Shown: positions 1-11,248, numbered from the whole stretch's first letter. The stretch is 62,494 nucleotides of DNA, filler included, from Sanchytrium tribonematis (GCA_018985235.1; 16 parts of 16 records of this genome joined end to end with filler, not necessarily neighbours in it), one strand, 5' to 3'. A program made the numbers and translations. The notes: generated by a model not told the origin, from the sequence alone.

Positions 1-1780
1 TCACCATATCAATACTTGGATTCGCCGATTTGAGTTGTTCGAGTCTTATAGTAAGTTGATCACTACGCATTGGAGGTAAAAAGATCTGATTTTTGAAATT
101 AATAGCGAGACTCAACAAATCACTTTCACCCGGTTTCTCTGACAGGCCCACCACGTGGACATGATTTTCAGCCTTCAATAATTTCAGCTGCTTTATCACA
201 TCCTTTTTAAATCTTTTCGGATTATAATCACAGTTTTTAAGTTTCTTAGCAAAAATCAAGTCGACATCATGAATCAATACTAGAGAAGGAGAATAAGTTC
301 TCGCAGCTTTGAAAATCTGGTAAAACAATAGAAGTATAGAATCTTTGCTTTCAAATTGGCCTAAATTTCGAGGTTCGATCTCAAGAAATAAGACATTCGA
401 CTTGTTTGCAATGTAAATTACGAAGTCTCTCATGAGGTTCACATCTACTCCATAGAGTAGTGTTGAAAATTTCGGACCGGCCAAATCCTTTACGGCAACA
501 CTTTCAGCTGGGGTAATTTTCTTAGAAGATTTGGAATCTTTGTTATCACTAGTGGTTGGGATTTGGTTTTGATCTGACGCTTGAAAGGCACAATGCATGT
601 GCCATTGTACAGCTTTGATTGCTTTAGAGTAAAATTCATTGATGGTTTCACTGAATCCATTTATATATTTTATATCTAAAATGCTTACATTTTTATCAGG
701 AATTTTAAGAATATTTGAATCCCTCAAAATTTTGACGACATCTCCAACAGGAATATTATCAGTTGGATCTTTTGATTTTTTGACCTTTGCTGCTTTAGTC
801 TTCTTTTCTTTCTTCACTTTCTTCACTTTCTTCGCCTTTTTGTCTTTTCCTGCAGAATCAATCGCACTTTGAAGATCCTCGACCAATTCAAGCAATAAAC
901 TGTCACGGTTGTTTTGGATTTCAGCTTCTAGGCACTCTTTGTACAATATATATTTTGAATATTCTTCAAACCAATGACCATCAATATTTTGAAGTGGCCA
1001 GAAATTCAAGAAACGACGTACTAAGTATGTTAAGTTTTCTTCTGTTTCCAGTTTGAGTACATCTTTAACATCGAATTCTTTCAACGATTCCTTCAAAAAA
1101 TTTTCTCGAATATCTAAATATTCACATTGCATGAACTCAGATACCTTTTCGATTCTGGGAAGCCCGTTGTGTTCTTTATCATACCTTGAGTACCATTGCC
1201 GATATTCTGTCCATAATTTGACGTGGAATAACGGAAGTTCGTTTTGTTTGACGCTAGAAAGCAACGACAATCTTTTATAATTCACATTTTCGTAATTTTT
1301 TTTGTATCTTATTGCATAATCAGTAACAGTATTATCAACTTGGAGATACGATGGTTTGAAGTCAACTCCAAGTCGAATTGAGATATTCTTTTGGTGGAGA
1401 TTTTGCCTGAATTTCATACACTGAAGTTTTGCCTTAATTCGACATTGTAGCAGCATAAGTGCGTCAAGAGACACCATATCAGAATTGCGCAGTACGGCTT
1501 GCTCTGAAAATGTCCTTTCTACCGGTAATAGTGTCGCAATTTTTCTGGGTTCAGCTAAGTACAAAATTTCTGTGGCACAAATCTCGTCCTGTAGTATCAA
1601 CTTATTCAGTAAAAGCGAAATAATTTTACTGTAAAATTCCTTTTTATGAATATTGATTGAAAACTTTTGTGCATTATTTAAATCATTTAAAAATTTTAAA
1701 TAAAATTGCGGACTATTCCTGTCTTGAAGAAGCAGCTGCATGTCTTCTAAGACTATTAATTCATAGTACTTTATAGACAT
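1..1780 (-). CDS. IQCA1: IQ and AAA domain protein, IQCA1/DRC11-like (nexin-dynein regulatory complex); 3' end runs off the window
   Basis: Missing from the ORF track because no stop lies inside the window. Hand translation from ATG 1780 gives MSIKYYELIVLEDMQLLL..., then a Lys-rich KKAKKVKK...KSKDPTDNIPV segment and an AAA-like C-terminus (STLLYG..., IFKAARTYSPSLVLIHDVDLIFAKK, PKRFKKD, VHVVGLSEKP). This order matches IQCA1. Confidence 0.7.
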   Translation of the reverse strand, partial: MSIKYYELIVLEDMQLLLQDRNSPQFYLKFLNDLNNAQKFSINIHKKEFYSKIISLLLNKLILQDEICATEILYLAEPRKIATLLPVERTFSEQAVLRNSDMVSLDALMLLQCRIKAKLQCMKFRQNLHQKNISIRLGVDFKPSYLQVDNTVTDYAIRYKKNYENVNYKRLSLLSSVKQNELPLFHVKLWTEYRQWYSRYDKEHNGLPRIEKVSEFMQCEYLDIRENFLKESLKEFDVKDVLKLETEENLTYLVRRFLNFWPLQNIDGHWFEEYSKYILYKECLEAEIQNNRDSLLLELVEDLQSAIDSAGKDKKAKKVKKVKKEKKTKAAKVKKSKDPTDNIPVGDVVKILRDSNILKIPDKNVSILDIKYINGFSETINEFYSKAIKAVQWHMHCAFQASDQNQIPTTSDNKDSKSSKKITPAESVAVKDLAGPKFSTLLYGVDVNLMRDFVIYIANKSNVLFLEIEPRNLGQFESKDSILLLFYQIFKAARTYSPSLVLIHDVDLIFAKKLKNCDYNPKRFKKDVIKQLKLLKAENHVHVVGLSEKPGESDLLSLAINFKNQIFLPPMRSDQLTIRLEQLKSANPSIDMV

Positions 1781-1831
1781 TTAATATTTCCAAGTGCGAG
1801 TTTCCAAATGGCCTGAATTTCTGCCAAACAT

Positions 1832-2741
1832 ATGGAGAAACTTTTCAGATTTTTTCGATTGCTAGGCAGGCGAAATGGCGAATTAGAACCATTAATAATT
1901 GAAAACACGCCGAATACGTCGCCAATAAGGTATCCAAGTAGTGCTCGAACTTCAAACGATGAACATTCAATTGAAAATCGGATTGCGACAACTTGGTACA
2001 GTCAAGTTCCAGCAATTTTTATCGGAGAAATATTGATTGTATTAGATGCCATAAGTTATGGCTTGTTGATTTTCCCCACTAATCAAGAAGAATTTAAAAA
2101 TGCTGGAAGTGATGGAATTTCGATGTTTTTGGTATCCACTATTATTTCTCAAATATTATTCGCAATTGCTTCACAATTTAAATGTGTAAACGGAAGCATG
2201 ATGATTGAGGTTATACCATTTTTGCATATTATCTGTAACCACGTGGCTAATACTGTAGCCAAAGAGCAAATCATGCCCACAGTCATCGTCACTTATGCTA
2301 TTTCCGCCATTCTTACCGGAATGGTATTTCTAATTTTAGGATGGTTTAAACTGGGTGAATTAATGGAATTTTTTCCGCGCCACATTCTTATCGGCACTAT
2401 CGGGGGAGTGGGATATTTTCTCATTCAAACAGCTGTGGAAGTCTCGACACAATTGCAGATGGAGTGGAGTCTTACATTTTTTGGCTCTCTCTTCCATTGG
2501 AAGTATTTTGTCCGTTGGGGAAGCGCACTCAGCGCATGTTTAGTATTAAGATGCTTGCAATACAAAATCAAGCAGACATGGTTTGTATCCTTGTATTTTT
2601 GTACCCTTCCACTTCTTTTTTATTTATTTGCATTCGTCACAGGCGCGAGTATTGATTCTTTGAAAGACAATGGGTGGCTTTTTCATATTAAAACTCAAGA
2701 GAACTTTTATCATTTTTACACATATTTTGATCTCTCCCTTG
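1832..2741 (+). CDS. SulP/SLC26-family anion transporter, 3' partial
   Basis: Motifs LDAISYGLLIFP, GSMMIEVIPF and FFPRHILIGTIGGVG, with multiple TM segments; truncated by the spacer. Confidence 0.85.
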
Positions 2742-2841
2742 NNNNNNNNNNNNNNNNNNNNNNNNNNNNNNNNNNNNNNNNNNNNTTAATTAATTAANNN
2801 NNNNNNNNNNNNNNNNNNNNNNNNNNNNNNNNNNNNNNNNN
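2742..2841. other. Artificial contig spacer (N44-TTAATTAATTAA-N44). Identical spacers start at 5579, 8415, 11249, 14067, 16883, 19699, 22514, 25329, 28138, 48569, 51375, 54169, 56953 and 59726
   Basis: Identical 100-nt block with stop codons in all six frames; the 'XXXXLIN' ORF ends are artefacts of it. Confidence 0.99.
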
Positions 2842-2924
2842 TCCCTGTTTGTAAAAGTTGAATCCATGATCCCGTTTCAAAGAAAAAATTACACTGAACT
2901 GAAATTTGTAATTTTGTGGCATGA

Positions 2925-3009
2925 TTCCACATCACACATTGACTTTGGTTCCTTACTCAACCCGATTATTCGAGAACCCCAATCAGAAAAGGCTGGAAAA
3001 TTCCATTAG
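2925..3009 (+). repeat. 85-bp direct repeat, copy 1 (HSP20 promoter)
   Basis: Identical to 5494-5578. Confidence 0.95.
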
Positions 3010-3017
3010 GTATAAAA
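2968..3017 (+). promoter_or_regulatory. Heat-shock elements and TATA box of the small HSP gene
   Basis: ATTCGAGAAC (nTTCnnGAAn) at 2968-2977, AGAAA at 2985, GGAAAATTCC (nGAAnnTTCn) at 2995-3004, TATAAAA at 3011, ATG at 3041. Confidence 0.75.
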
Positions 3018-3040
3018 GTGCGCTATTCATTTGTAATACA

Positions 3041-3373
3041 ATGAGCTGCTGCAGAGTCAATTACTACGAGCCAAGAAACTTCTATACTCCCAACAACAAA
3101 AGATATACTCCAAACACCGAAATTAAGGAAAACGAGGGAGATTATGAAATTTTTATGGATGCACCAGGATTTAGAAAGGAAGACATCTCAATTGAAGTCA
3201 AAGATGATGTATTGCATGTGGATGCGAAGAATGATAACAGAGAACTTGAAAAGGCATACAGATTGCCAAATGATGTGAACAAGGATTTGATTAAAGCGAA
3301 ATATGAAAATGGAATACTTCAATTGAAAATTGGCAAAAACCCAGAATTTCACAAGAAAATTAACATCGAATAA
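3041..3373 (+). CDS. Small heat-shock protein (HSP20/alpha-crystallin), 110 aa
   Basis: DAPGFRKEDISIEV, LPNDV...IKAKYENGILQL. The start is moved from 2921 to 3041, downstream of the TATA box. Confidence 0.92.
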   Translation: MSCCRVNYYEPRNFYTPNNKRYTPNTEIKENEGDYEIFMDAPGFRKEDISIEVKDDVLHVDAKNDNRELEKAYRLPNDVNKDLIKAKYENGILQLKIGKNPEFHKKINIE

Positions 3374-3660
3374 ATTAAATATTTAAACTAAGTATATGAT
3401 TTTACCTACAAGCTATTTTGATACTTTATAGTCACTCAAATTTCCATTTATATTCCTGTACAATTACGGGATAGAATGTCAGGAAACTCTGCTTGCAATT
3501 TCATTTATGGCAATGTCTTCTTCTAGACTTCTTGTTTGTGAATCAGAATATTACCTTGAAACCATCAATCAGACTTAAAAAGAGGTTTCAAGGTCCTTTT
3601 TGAAACAGACAGGCCAAGTTAGTTGGAAAAGAAAATAAATTTAATGTCACACGACTTTAT

Positions 3661-4902
3661 TCAACAATAGGCTTGGAGAGTAGTTGCAGAAAAAACCAAA
3701 TGCTTCTGCAGTGGCTTTCCATCAAATATTTCAACACGATTTGGCCCATTTAGAGGCTCAACTGTAACACACCCATTATAGCCATGGTAAACTTGAGAAT
3801 AATCATCAAAATAGTCTTGTCGCTTTGATTTCGGTAAAATGTATTGATCCAAAGAATGTTTATAAACAGCTTCAGTAGCATTTCCCATTGTGCATTGATT
3901 CAAGCCAATCTTGTGTTTCAAGGCACATCCATGAGCAAAACTAGGAAGATCATCAAGAAAATGAAGCATACCATAACCACATGCTTCAGTACCGAAAGTA
4001 CCCATGCTTGTTGGAATCATTAGTACCTTAGTCCTTGCTATATCTCGGTCTTTAATCACGAGAGAAGCAAACCAAAAAAGATCTTTGTCTCCCCAAGAAT
4101 AACTGTCAAAATGGGGGTCCAAGCTCATGTAATATGTACAGAGGAGATGCAAAAGGACTCTAGAATTTTTTCTATAAATAATTACACCAGAGTCAATTTG
4201 TCTTTGAAAGGCAAAAGGCATGTTCATGTATTTAAATATTGCGCTTTCAGGACGATGCATCCACAGATCTCTAAAGAAGAGCATGTCACTTTTACCTAGG
4301 TGCTGAAATGACTTGTTCATTAAGTCTTTAGTAATGTGAAAAAGTGGAAAGCAATCTCCATCCAAATACAAAACTTCTTTAAAATTGGTCGCAATCATCG
4401 CCAAAAGTTTAATGAAAAATTGATATCCCTCTCTCTTTTCAAACAACTCATGCCCAAAAAGATTGACTAATTCCACATTAGAATACTTTTGTAAAAGCGT
4501 CTGAAAATCGGTTCTCAAATCATTGACAAAGTAAACTTGAATTGGAGTTTCATCATAAGCACGAATATAATCAACCAAAGCCAACGTCTCGATGATGTTG
4601 TGGTCATAACCAACTATAATGATTCCTCTTCCTTCACTAGTATCATTACTAAACTTACTACTCTGAATGCGCTTTAGAATATTATCAATCTTTAACTTTG
4701 TGTTGCCAAAGTTAGTTGCTCGAATTGCTTGAAGGCTTGGATCTGGCTGGTATTGATAGTCTAAAAGAGATCCCGAGGAGATTATGGATCTAGATTCAAT
4801 AATTTCTAGACTAGACTCATTCTGCACATTGCACAAGCTAAAGAACACAACGGAAAAACAAGCAAAATGAAAAAGAGCGCTCCATAATAAATCCCGACTC
4901 AT
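3661..4902 (-). CDS. GT71/MNN2-MNN5-like alpha-mannosyltransferase (type II membrane protein)
   Basis: N-terminal TM anchor, GRGIII, EVLYLDGD (DxD), DSGVIIY, WGDKDLFW. Confidence 0.8.
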   Translation of the reverse strand: MSRDLLWSALFHFACFSVVFFSLCNVQNESSLEIIESRSIISSGSLLDYQYQPDPSLQAIRATNFGNTKLKIDNILKRIQSSKFSNDTSEGRGIIIVGYDHNIIETLALVDYIRAYDETPIQVYFVNDLRTDFQTLLQKYSNVELVNLFGHELFEKREGYQFFIKLLAMIATNFKEVLYLDGDCFPLFHITKDLMNKSFQHLGKSDMLFFRDLWMHRPESAIFKYMNMPFAFQRQIDSGVIIYRKNSRVLLHLLCTYYMSLDPHFDSYSWGDKDLFWFASLVIKDRDIARTKVLMIPTSMGTFGTEACGYGMLHFLDDLPSFAHGCALKHKIGLNQCTMGNATEAVYKHSLDQYILPKSKRQDYFDDYSQVYHGYNGCVTVEPLNGPNRVEIFDGKPLQKHLVFSATTLQAYC

Positions 4903-5493
4903 GAATCAAGCCCTCTCAAAAAACATTATCAATTCCAAGACGTGGAGACGTCATTTCAATTTCACGCTTAGCATGGCCTCATGAAACATACTGAACAAAC
5001 TATCCCCACAAATTTTATATGGGATATAATGTTGGTAGCAGATTAAAAAGTGAAATTTTCGTTGAAGATTTTAAAATGTTGAAAACCTTGCATGGACAAA
5101 TCGATTGGAAATGATAAATTGCATCTTTAAGTGTATTCTTTACCATCTCAAACTCGCAAACTAGATGCATCTTATAACAATCCGCTATTTAATTTCTTGA
5201 ACAAATGATAATTGAATTTGCAAATTCTTTGAAAGCTTTTTTGTTTCAAAAATCATCGTTAACAATTATTTTATATTGAGAAGTTTTCTTTGCTTGTAAA
5301 ATATGAGAGTGTTAATTCATGAAATAGTTGGCAAAACAAATGAGCAATATTCTTGAAGGTTTGAAAATATTAATTTAGAATTTAAAACAAATAGGCCAAA
5401 AAAATTTAATTTTAAATTACCGGCAATTATTGGAGCTATCACAGCTTAAGCTCTGCTATGCTGAATCAAGTCTTGTTGGTTTCTCACTCATAG

Positions 5494-5578
5494 TTCCACA
5501 TCACACATTGACTTTGGTTCCTTACTCAACCCGATTATTCGAGAACCCCAATCAGAAAAGGCTGGAAAATTCCATTAG
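5494..5578 (+). repeat. 85-bp direct repeat, copy 2, truncated by the contig end
   Basis: Identical to 2925-3009, including the HSEs. Confidence 0.95.
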
Positions 5579-5687
5579 NNNNNNNNNNNNNNNNNNNNNN
5601 NNNNNNNNNNNNNNNNNNNNNNTTAATTAATTAANNNNNNNNNNNNNNNNNNNNNNNNNNNNNNNNNNNNNNNNNNNNTCAGAATCC

Positions 5688-7448
5688 ATGATATTGCTAG
5701 AAGTATTGAGTTTAAATTTTCCCCTCTGCGATAATATGGAAACGTTGATAAATTATAACAACCCTCAGACTCCGGTAAATCGCGAAAAAGAATCAAGACG
5801 TTTGACTGCAAATTTGGATCTTTTAAAAACACCTATGAAAATCTCGAAACATTCACCTAAAACATCACTTTTAACACCCGCTAGAACCCCTATTCCTACA
5901 CCATTAGGAAAAGAATCTATATATGATGTCAATGGTCACGAGATTATAAATTTAGCTTTACTTTTGTCACAGATCGAAGTTGACTATAAAGTCACCTCTA
6001 TTACTCCACCAATTGCAAAATTTTCCCAGAAAGTTTTAAATTTAGATGCGAATTTTAAAATTAGTGAAGAGATAAGCGAGAAGTTATTTATAACGCTAAA
6101 AAAATTTCCCAAAACTCAATATTTGACAAAAGATTGGTTGGACAACCAACTTTTTTTGCAATTTTGGTATTTAATGGACACATACAAATCATTCCCCCAA
6201 AATTTGTCGGAATTTCTCATCCATTCAATCTATTCTACACTCGTGGCGGAAATTTCATTAAAAAGTATAATTAAAGATATTGTAGAGGGAGATGACTCTC
6301 CAGGAACTCCAATGGTATTACTGGTGGTTAGAGTGGAAGAGCGTGCTGAGGGAACAGTAATTTGTTTATCAGACGGATTTTACTTAATCAGAGCTGAAAC
6401 AGACAGCACCATAAAGAATGCGATCAATGATGGAAAGATAAGAAGCGGTAGAAAGCTGTTTATCCAAAATGCAAGTCTGTGTGGTAGTCAAAACCCTGTC
6501 CCGATCCTGAAGAATAACTATGACAGGAAAATTCGTATTTATTCAAACGCAACAAAACCTGCGCATTATTTGTCAAACCTTGGCGTTCAGAAACCAATGA
6601 GAATAAGTATATCTTCTATTAAATCTCATGGTGGTCCAATCCCAAAAGTCAGGGGGGTTGTAGAACGGAAATACAAATTGTGTTATTACAAAAAATCACC
6701 AGGCGATCCAGCTACTTTGAACGAGAAGGAATACTTGAGGGAAAATGAGATTCAGATGGAAAAACTTACAATGTTAAAACAAGCATTATACGAGTCTTTC
6801 GTATCTAAAATGAGTCACGAAGAAGCGCTTTTTGAAGCTACTTATCAGGCTGATGAAAAATTTCCTGCTCTAGAAATTTCTAGATTTATAAAAATAAGAA
6901 TCACTGAGTACCCGGACAGGCCTATCAATAAAGGCCTCTCATTTTGCATAGTGAAACTCTGGAATCCATCAGAAGATTTACTTGGGGATCTAAAGGAAGG
7001 TAAAGTAGTGACCATTACAAATTTGATTCCCGAGAATAGTAAATCAAACATCAAGGTGCTTAAATCTACAAAAGGGACTCACATCAATGTGGAAATGCCT
7101 AAAGAAGAATTATTGGCCAAGTCAAACTTTGATCCTAGAATGACGACAGATCTTGAGAGTTTGTACTTTGACAAATGTATAGAATTCGACATTTATGTCA
7201 AGATACATTCACACAGAAATAATCACATTATTGGGTTAGACAGAAATTCAAAAATTGTGGCAATAATTATTAATGGCTGCTTAGATTGTAGTTGTAAAAA
7301 GGACTCCGTAATTTTATTTAAAAGTCTCAAATATCACAGACAAACAAAAAATTTCATAGAATGCTTTTACAATCATGACAGCGAATCAAAATCAGTAGAT
7401 CTGCCCGAATTTCAAACCGTTTCTACAAACATTGAAATAAATTTATAA
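5688..7448 (+). CDS. BRCA2: BRCA2/Brh2-like DNA-binding region (helical domain + OB folds); start uncertain
   Basis: SIIKDIVEGDD, LSDGFYLIRA, GRKLFIQNA, NATKPAHYLSNLG, GGPIP...VERKY, KLWNPSEDL...LKEGK match BRCA2 OB1/OB2. Confidence 0.8.
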   Translation: MILLEVLSLNFPLCDNMETLINYNNPQTPVNREKESRRLTANLDLLKTPMKISKHSPKTSLLTPARTPIPTPLGKESIYDVNGHEIINLALLLSQIEVDYKVTSITPPIAKFSQKVLNLDANFKISEEISEKLFITLKKFPKTQYLTKDWLDNQLFLQFWYLMDTYKSFPQNLSEFLIHSIYSTLVAEISLKSIIKDIVEGDDSPGTPMVLLVVRVEERAEGTVICLSDGFYLIRAETDSTIKNAINDGKIRSGRKLFIQNASLCGSQNPVPILKNNYDRKIRIYSNATKPAHYLSNLGVQKPMRISISSIKSHGGPIPKVRGVVERKYKLCYYKKSPGDPATLNEKEYLRENEIQMEKLTMLKQALYESFVSKMSHEEALFEATYQADEKFPALEISRFIKIRITEYPDRPINKGLSFCIVKLWNPSEDLLGDLKEGKVVTITNLIPENSKSNIKVLKSTKGTHINVEMPKEELLAKSNFDPRMTTDLESLYFDKCIEFDIYVKIHSHRNNHIIGLDRNSKIVAIIINGCLDCSCKKDSVILFKSLKYHRQTKNFIECFYNHDSESKSVDLPEFQTVSTNIEINL

Positions 7449-7462
7449 CCCTTGTTTGGCAA

Positions 7463-8414
7463 ATGAGAGGACTTGCTAATCTTGGCTCTACTTGCTATCT
7501 CAATTGTATTATACAAGCATTAAGTGTGCTCGATTTCGCTTTACCAGAACTTCTTTTTTTCAAGCATCTAAAGAGCATGTTTTTAGAATTGCGAACTGAG
7601 GGGAGACCTTTAAACGCTAGAGTTTTATTGCAAGCATTAAATTGCCCTACGTCACAACAAGACGCACAAGAGGCTTTAATTAAAGTCATAGACAGGCTAG
7701 ACGAGGATACGAAAGATTTGTATCTTTGGATATCAAATATATTTCGAGGATTTCAGTCTTACAATGAATCTATGGACATTATCGACATCACAACCGACTC
7801 GTTCGAAATGAAAATTTACTCTTCGAAATCAAAGGCTATTAAAATGGTCGACGCTCAACCAAGAACAATAGATCTTTACACTATGAAATTACCACAGTTG
7901 GATTTCACAGCAACAATGGTATCAATTATGGAATGTCAAAATTGTAAGAAGATTCGCTGCAGCCTGTCAAAGTCTCACATTTTACAATTCAATCTTCCCG
8001 AATCCTTAAATCAATCTATAGAGGAACTTGCGAAGCAAATTACGGAAAAAGGTCAAACTCGAATTGGAATAAGTTTGCAAGAATTATTTAAGTCATATGT
8101 CAAGCCGGAATTAATCGAAGACGTTCATTGTGAGTATTGTACAATTCAGGATACTGTGAAATACCTGGAGGGTTTACTTGTAGATAATAGTCAGGAAGTC
8201 GTAAGTGAATCTAATTCTTTGTTGAACAGCATCAAGTGCTTCCCAGATACTGCTAGTATTGAAGACATTGACAAATTTATCAATGATAAAGCAGTAACCG
8301 ATCATTTGTGGATAAACAAGGGCTACAAACATAGAAGACAACTTACACTGGGTCATCTTCCCAAGATACTGATAATCCAGTGTATGCGCAGCCAGTATAC
8401 CAGTTTTGGCGAGC
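7463..8414 (+). CDS. Ubiquitin-specific protease (C19), 3' partial
   Basis: Cys box GLANLGSTCYLNCIIQAL, QQDAQE, two CxxC pairs, LPKILIIQ. Confidence 0.9.
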
Positions 8415-8514
8415 NNNNNNNNNNNNNNNNNNNNNNNNNNNNNNNNNNNNNNNNNNNNTTAATTAATTAANNNNNNNNNNNNNNNNNNNNNNNNNNNNNN
8501 NNNNNNNNNNNNNN

Positions 8515-8976
8515 GGGTAAATTAGAAATAGTCCCATTAAAATGATTATGTCTCACATCCAAAAACACCAAATTCTTTGGTAATATTGGTAAATTTCCAT
8601 AAATAGAGGCACCGTATACATCAATATCCGTAACAGAGTCTGGAATTCCATTTGGTAGAACTGTATTTAGCTTATCATTCGCATACATAGTAAGACGATC
8701 CAGATTTGATGGAATAAATTGTGGATTTATAGTTCCATTGATATTTAACAGGTTTAATTTAAGCACATTGATTCTATCAGATAGGCAGTAAATGTATATA
8801 TTTGTTGAAATACTACTATATCCGCAGCAATCTGTTGGAATTTGTTGAAATTCAATTGGGTCCGTAATATGCATATTTAGTGATTTGAAGAAATTGAAAA
8901 CCAATGGACAGTCTACAGAGACACCATTGACAAGTAGTCGCATGAATATCATGAAAACTATACAAAGGTGATTCAT
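8515..8976 (-). CDS. Cys-capped LRR protein, 3' partial
   Basis: Hydrophobic N-terminus, cap VDCP..LNM..DCC..C, repeats of type GNLPILPKNLVFLDVRHNHFNG. Confidence 0.8.
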
Positions 8977-9313
8977 AAAATTTTAAAAATCTTCTGAAAC
9001 AATTGGCCTATCAACATTGAAGCAAAAGTCATGGTAGAAACAAAAATTCATTGCTACTCAAACAATCCTAAATGTAGTGAATATTCTTTGTATATCATTA
9101 AATCAATGCTTACTCATCAACAAGTCATTTGCTAAATATTATCTTAAACAGAAATACCATCATTCTTAATCTACTTATTCACTCTTAACTAGTCAAATTT
9201 CCAAATTCAAAATATTAAAAATCAAATCTCAATAGAATCCCAAGGATATATCCATGTTTAAAATCAATCACTAATAATTCAAGTCAAGTGTAAATAAATA
9301 ATTTATTTGTGTT

Positions 9314-11248
9314 TTAGAAAGTGTAATCTGCTGAAAAAGGCTTTTTTGGCTTTCTTTTGTGTTGCTCTAATGAATAATTACCATAAAAAAGACCAATTAA
9401 TAGCAATACATCCACAGATATTTTAATAATTAATCTAAATGTCAATTTAAATTCAAAACATACTGGATTTGGAAATTTTGTGAGATTTTTGGCAGTGATG
9501 CTTTTGGTGGCCATTTCACTGAACGAAGATTCTGTATCGTTGTATATAATACTACTAGCTACAATCAAACTAGATGCTTTGTAAAATACACGCGTCACAA
9601 CTAAATTAATAAAAATAACTTGATCTGGCATCTGTGGTTGGAAATTCCAATTTATCGGGTAGATATGACAAGTAGTACTTTTTACACATGCTATAATTAG
9701 CTACATATGAGCTATTTAGCAAGGGATTAAAGGATAAATCACATTTTGTTAATAAACTCGTGTTTTGCAATTGGACTTCTAAAATAGATGTATTTCCTAA
9801 TACTAATGATGTTGGTTTTTGCAAAATGACCTTGTCGTTGAAGTAATTGCCCTCGTTGGCTAGATCCCCCAATACGACATCATTTAAAGAAGCAGGAAAT
9901 GGGGGCAATGGACCTGTTAGAAAATTCCCTTGAATTCGCAATTGTTGTAAATTGGGTAGTAAAGTAGGAAGTTTGCCTGTCATATTACATCCAACTAATT
10001 GAAGCACTTTTAATGTGCTAGGTAATTGGGGGATCGTTTGATTATAGTTTGCTTTTTTAAATATTAAAGTCTCTAATCCCTCTGAGAATATTGGCAATTT
10101 GCCTCCAATATATGGGCCTTCAATGCTAAGATATTTCACATTCCCTGGAATATAGTCTGGTATTTTTGCTGTTTGATTATAATTGCCAAAAATGTACAAT
10201 GTTTCTAAAGTTGAAGGAATATCTGCAATTGAAAATGCAAACCCGTCTACAGTCTGTAATATATCCCATCCGTTAATATCTATTTTAGTCACATTTAATC
10301 CTGTGCAATCAATATATCTACTACTTTCACAGCAATGCGCATCCCTTACAAAATCACTTTGAATTCCCATTTTTTGAAACATATTCTCAACCAATTTGCA
10401 TGCGCCCAGGGATGGCGGAATCGAATATTTTTGAATTTCTGATTTGCATTTTGTTAAATTGACCAAATTGGCTACTGAAATATTGTTTAGTGAAACATCA
10501 CAAGATCGAATCACACTCGAATTTGTTGTCACAACTTTCTCAATCAGATTATTTCTCAAATTGAATTCAATATATGCTGAAGGACCAATATTTTTCAAAT
10601 ATAATTGAGTCCAAGTATTTCCCTTTAATTCATTTTCCACACTATCAAATTCATTGTCAGCAGCTGAAAACATTTGTAGCTGAATTAAATTGGGAATGGT
10701 GCCATTTAGTTGATTCGTGTCTAGGGCTAAATTGATTAGAGTATTAGGTAATTTGCCAAATATGGGGCCAGTAAACAAATTGTTCGAAAGGTAAAGATTT
10801 TGTAAATTTGTAAAGCCTGACAAGTCCGGAATGTTTCCTTTAATATTATTATTTTCTAAACTCAAATACTGTAGTGTATCCGGTAGTAATGTGGTGTTGA
10901 TGCTGCCATTGAGATTTAAATACCGCAACTCGATATACGTGATTCTATTGGCTTTACATCTGGCATGACCCTTTAAATTATCGCAACAATCACTTTTTTT
11001 CAATATATAGTTGAAGCTCTCCGGGGCAGTTAGATGCATGTTTAATTGTCTTAAAAATAAATAAAATTTGGGTCAATCGATGGAAGGTAGAGATTTAAAT
11101 GATAAATTACATTTCGAGGTCAAAGCAACATCCGCCTGCATTTCTGGATCAAAATAATTATAGATAGTATTGCAATCTTTTATCCCATTACTGTTTGCCA
11201 CAAACAACCAATCAAATTCATTGTCAGTGAGATACAAGGCTGTTATAT
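9314..11248 (-). CDS. Multi-module Cys-capped LRR membrane protein, 5' partial; 19-nt intron at 9601-9619; in-frame TGA at 11073-11075
   Basis: The frame is open from the contig edge to the TGA, then runs through two cap+LRR modules. The intron joins ...DARS-I-VTRVFY... to an exon with a Ser/Thr stalk, a TM segment and a basic tail. Confidence 0.75.

Noticed and set aside
639..1280. Plus-strand ORFs 639-872 and 1053-1280, and other short antisense ORFs (e.g. 12758-13222, 34562-34972)
   Set aside because: They are shadows of real genes on the opposite strand.
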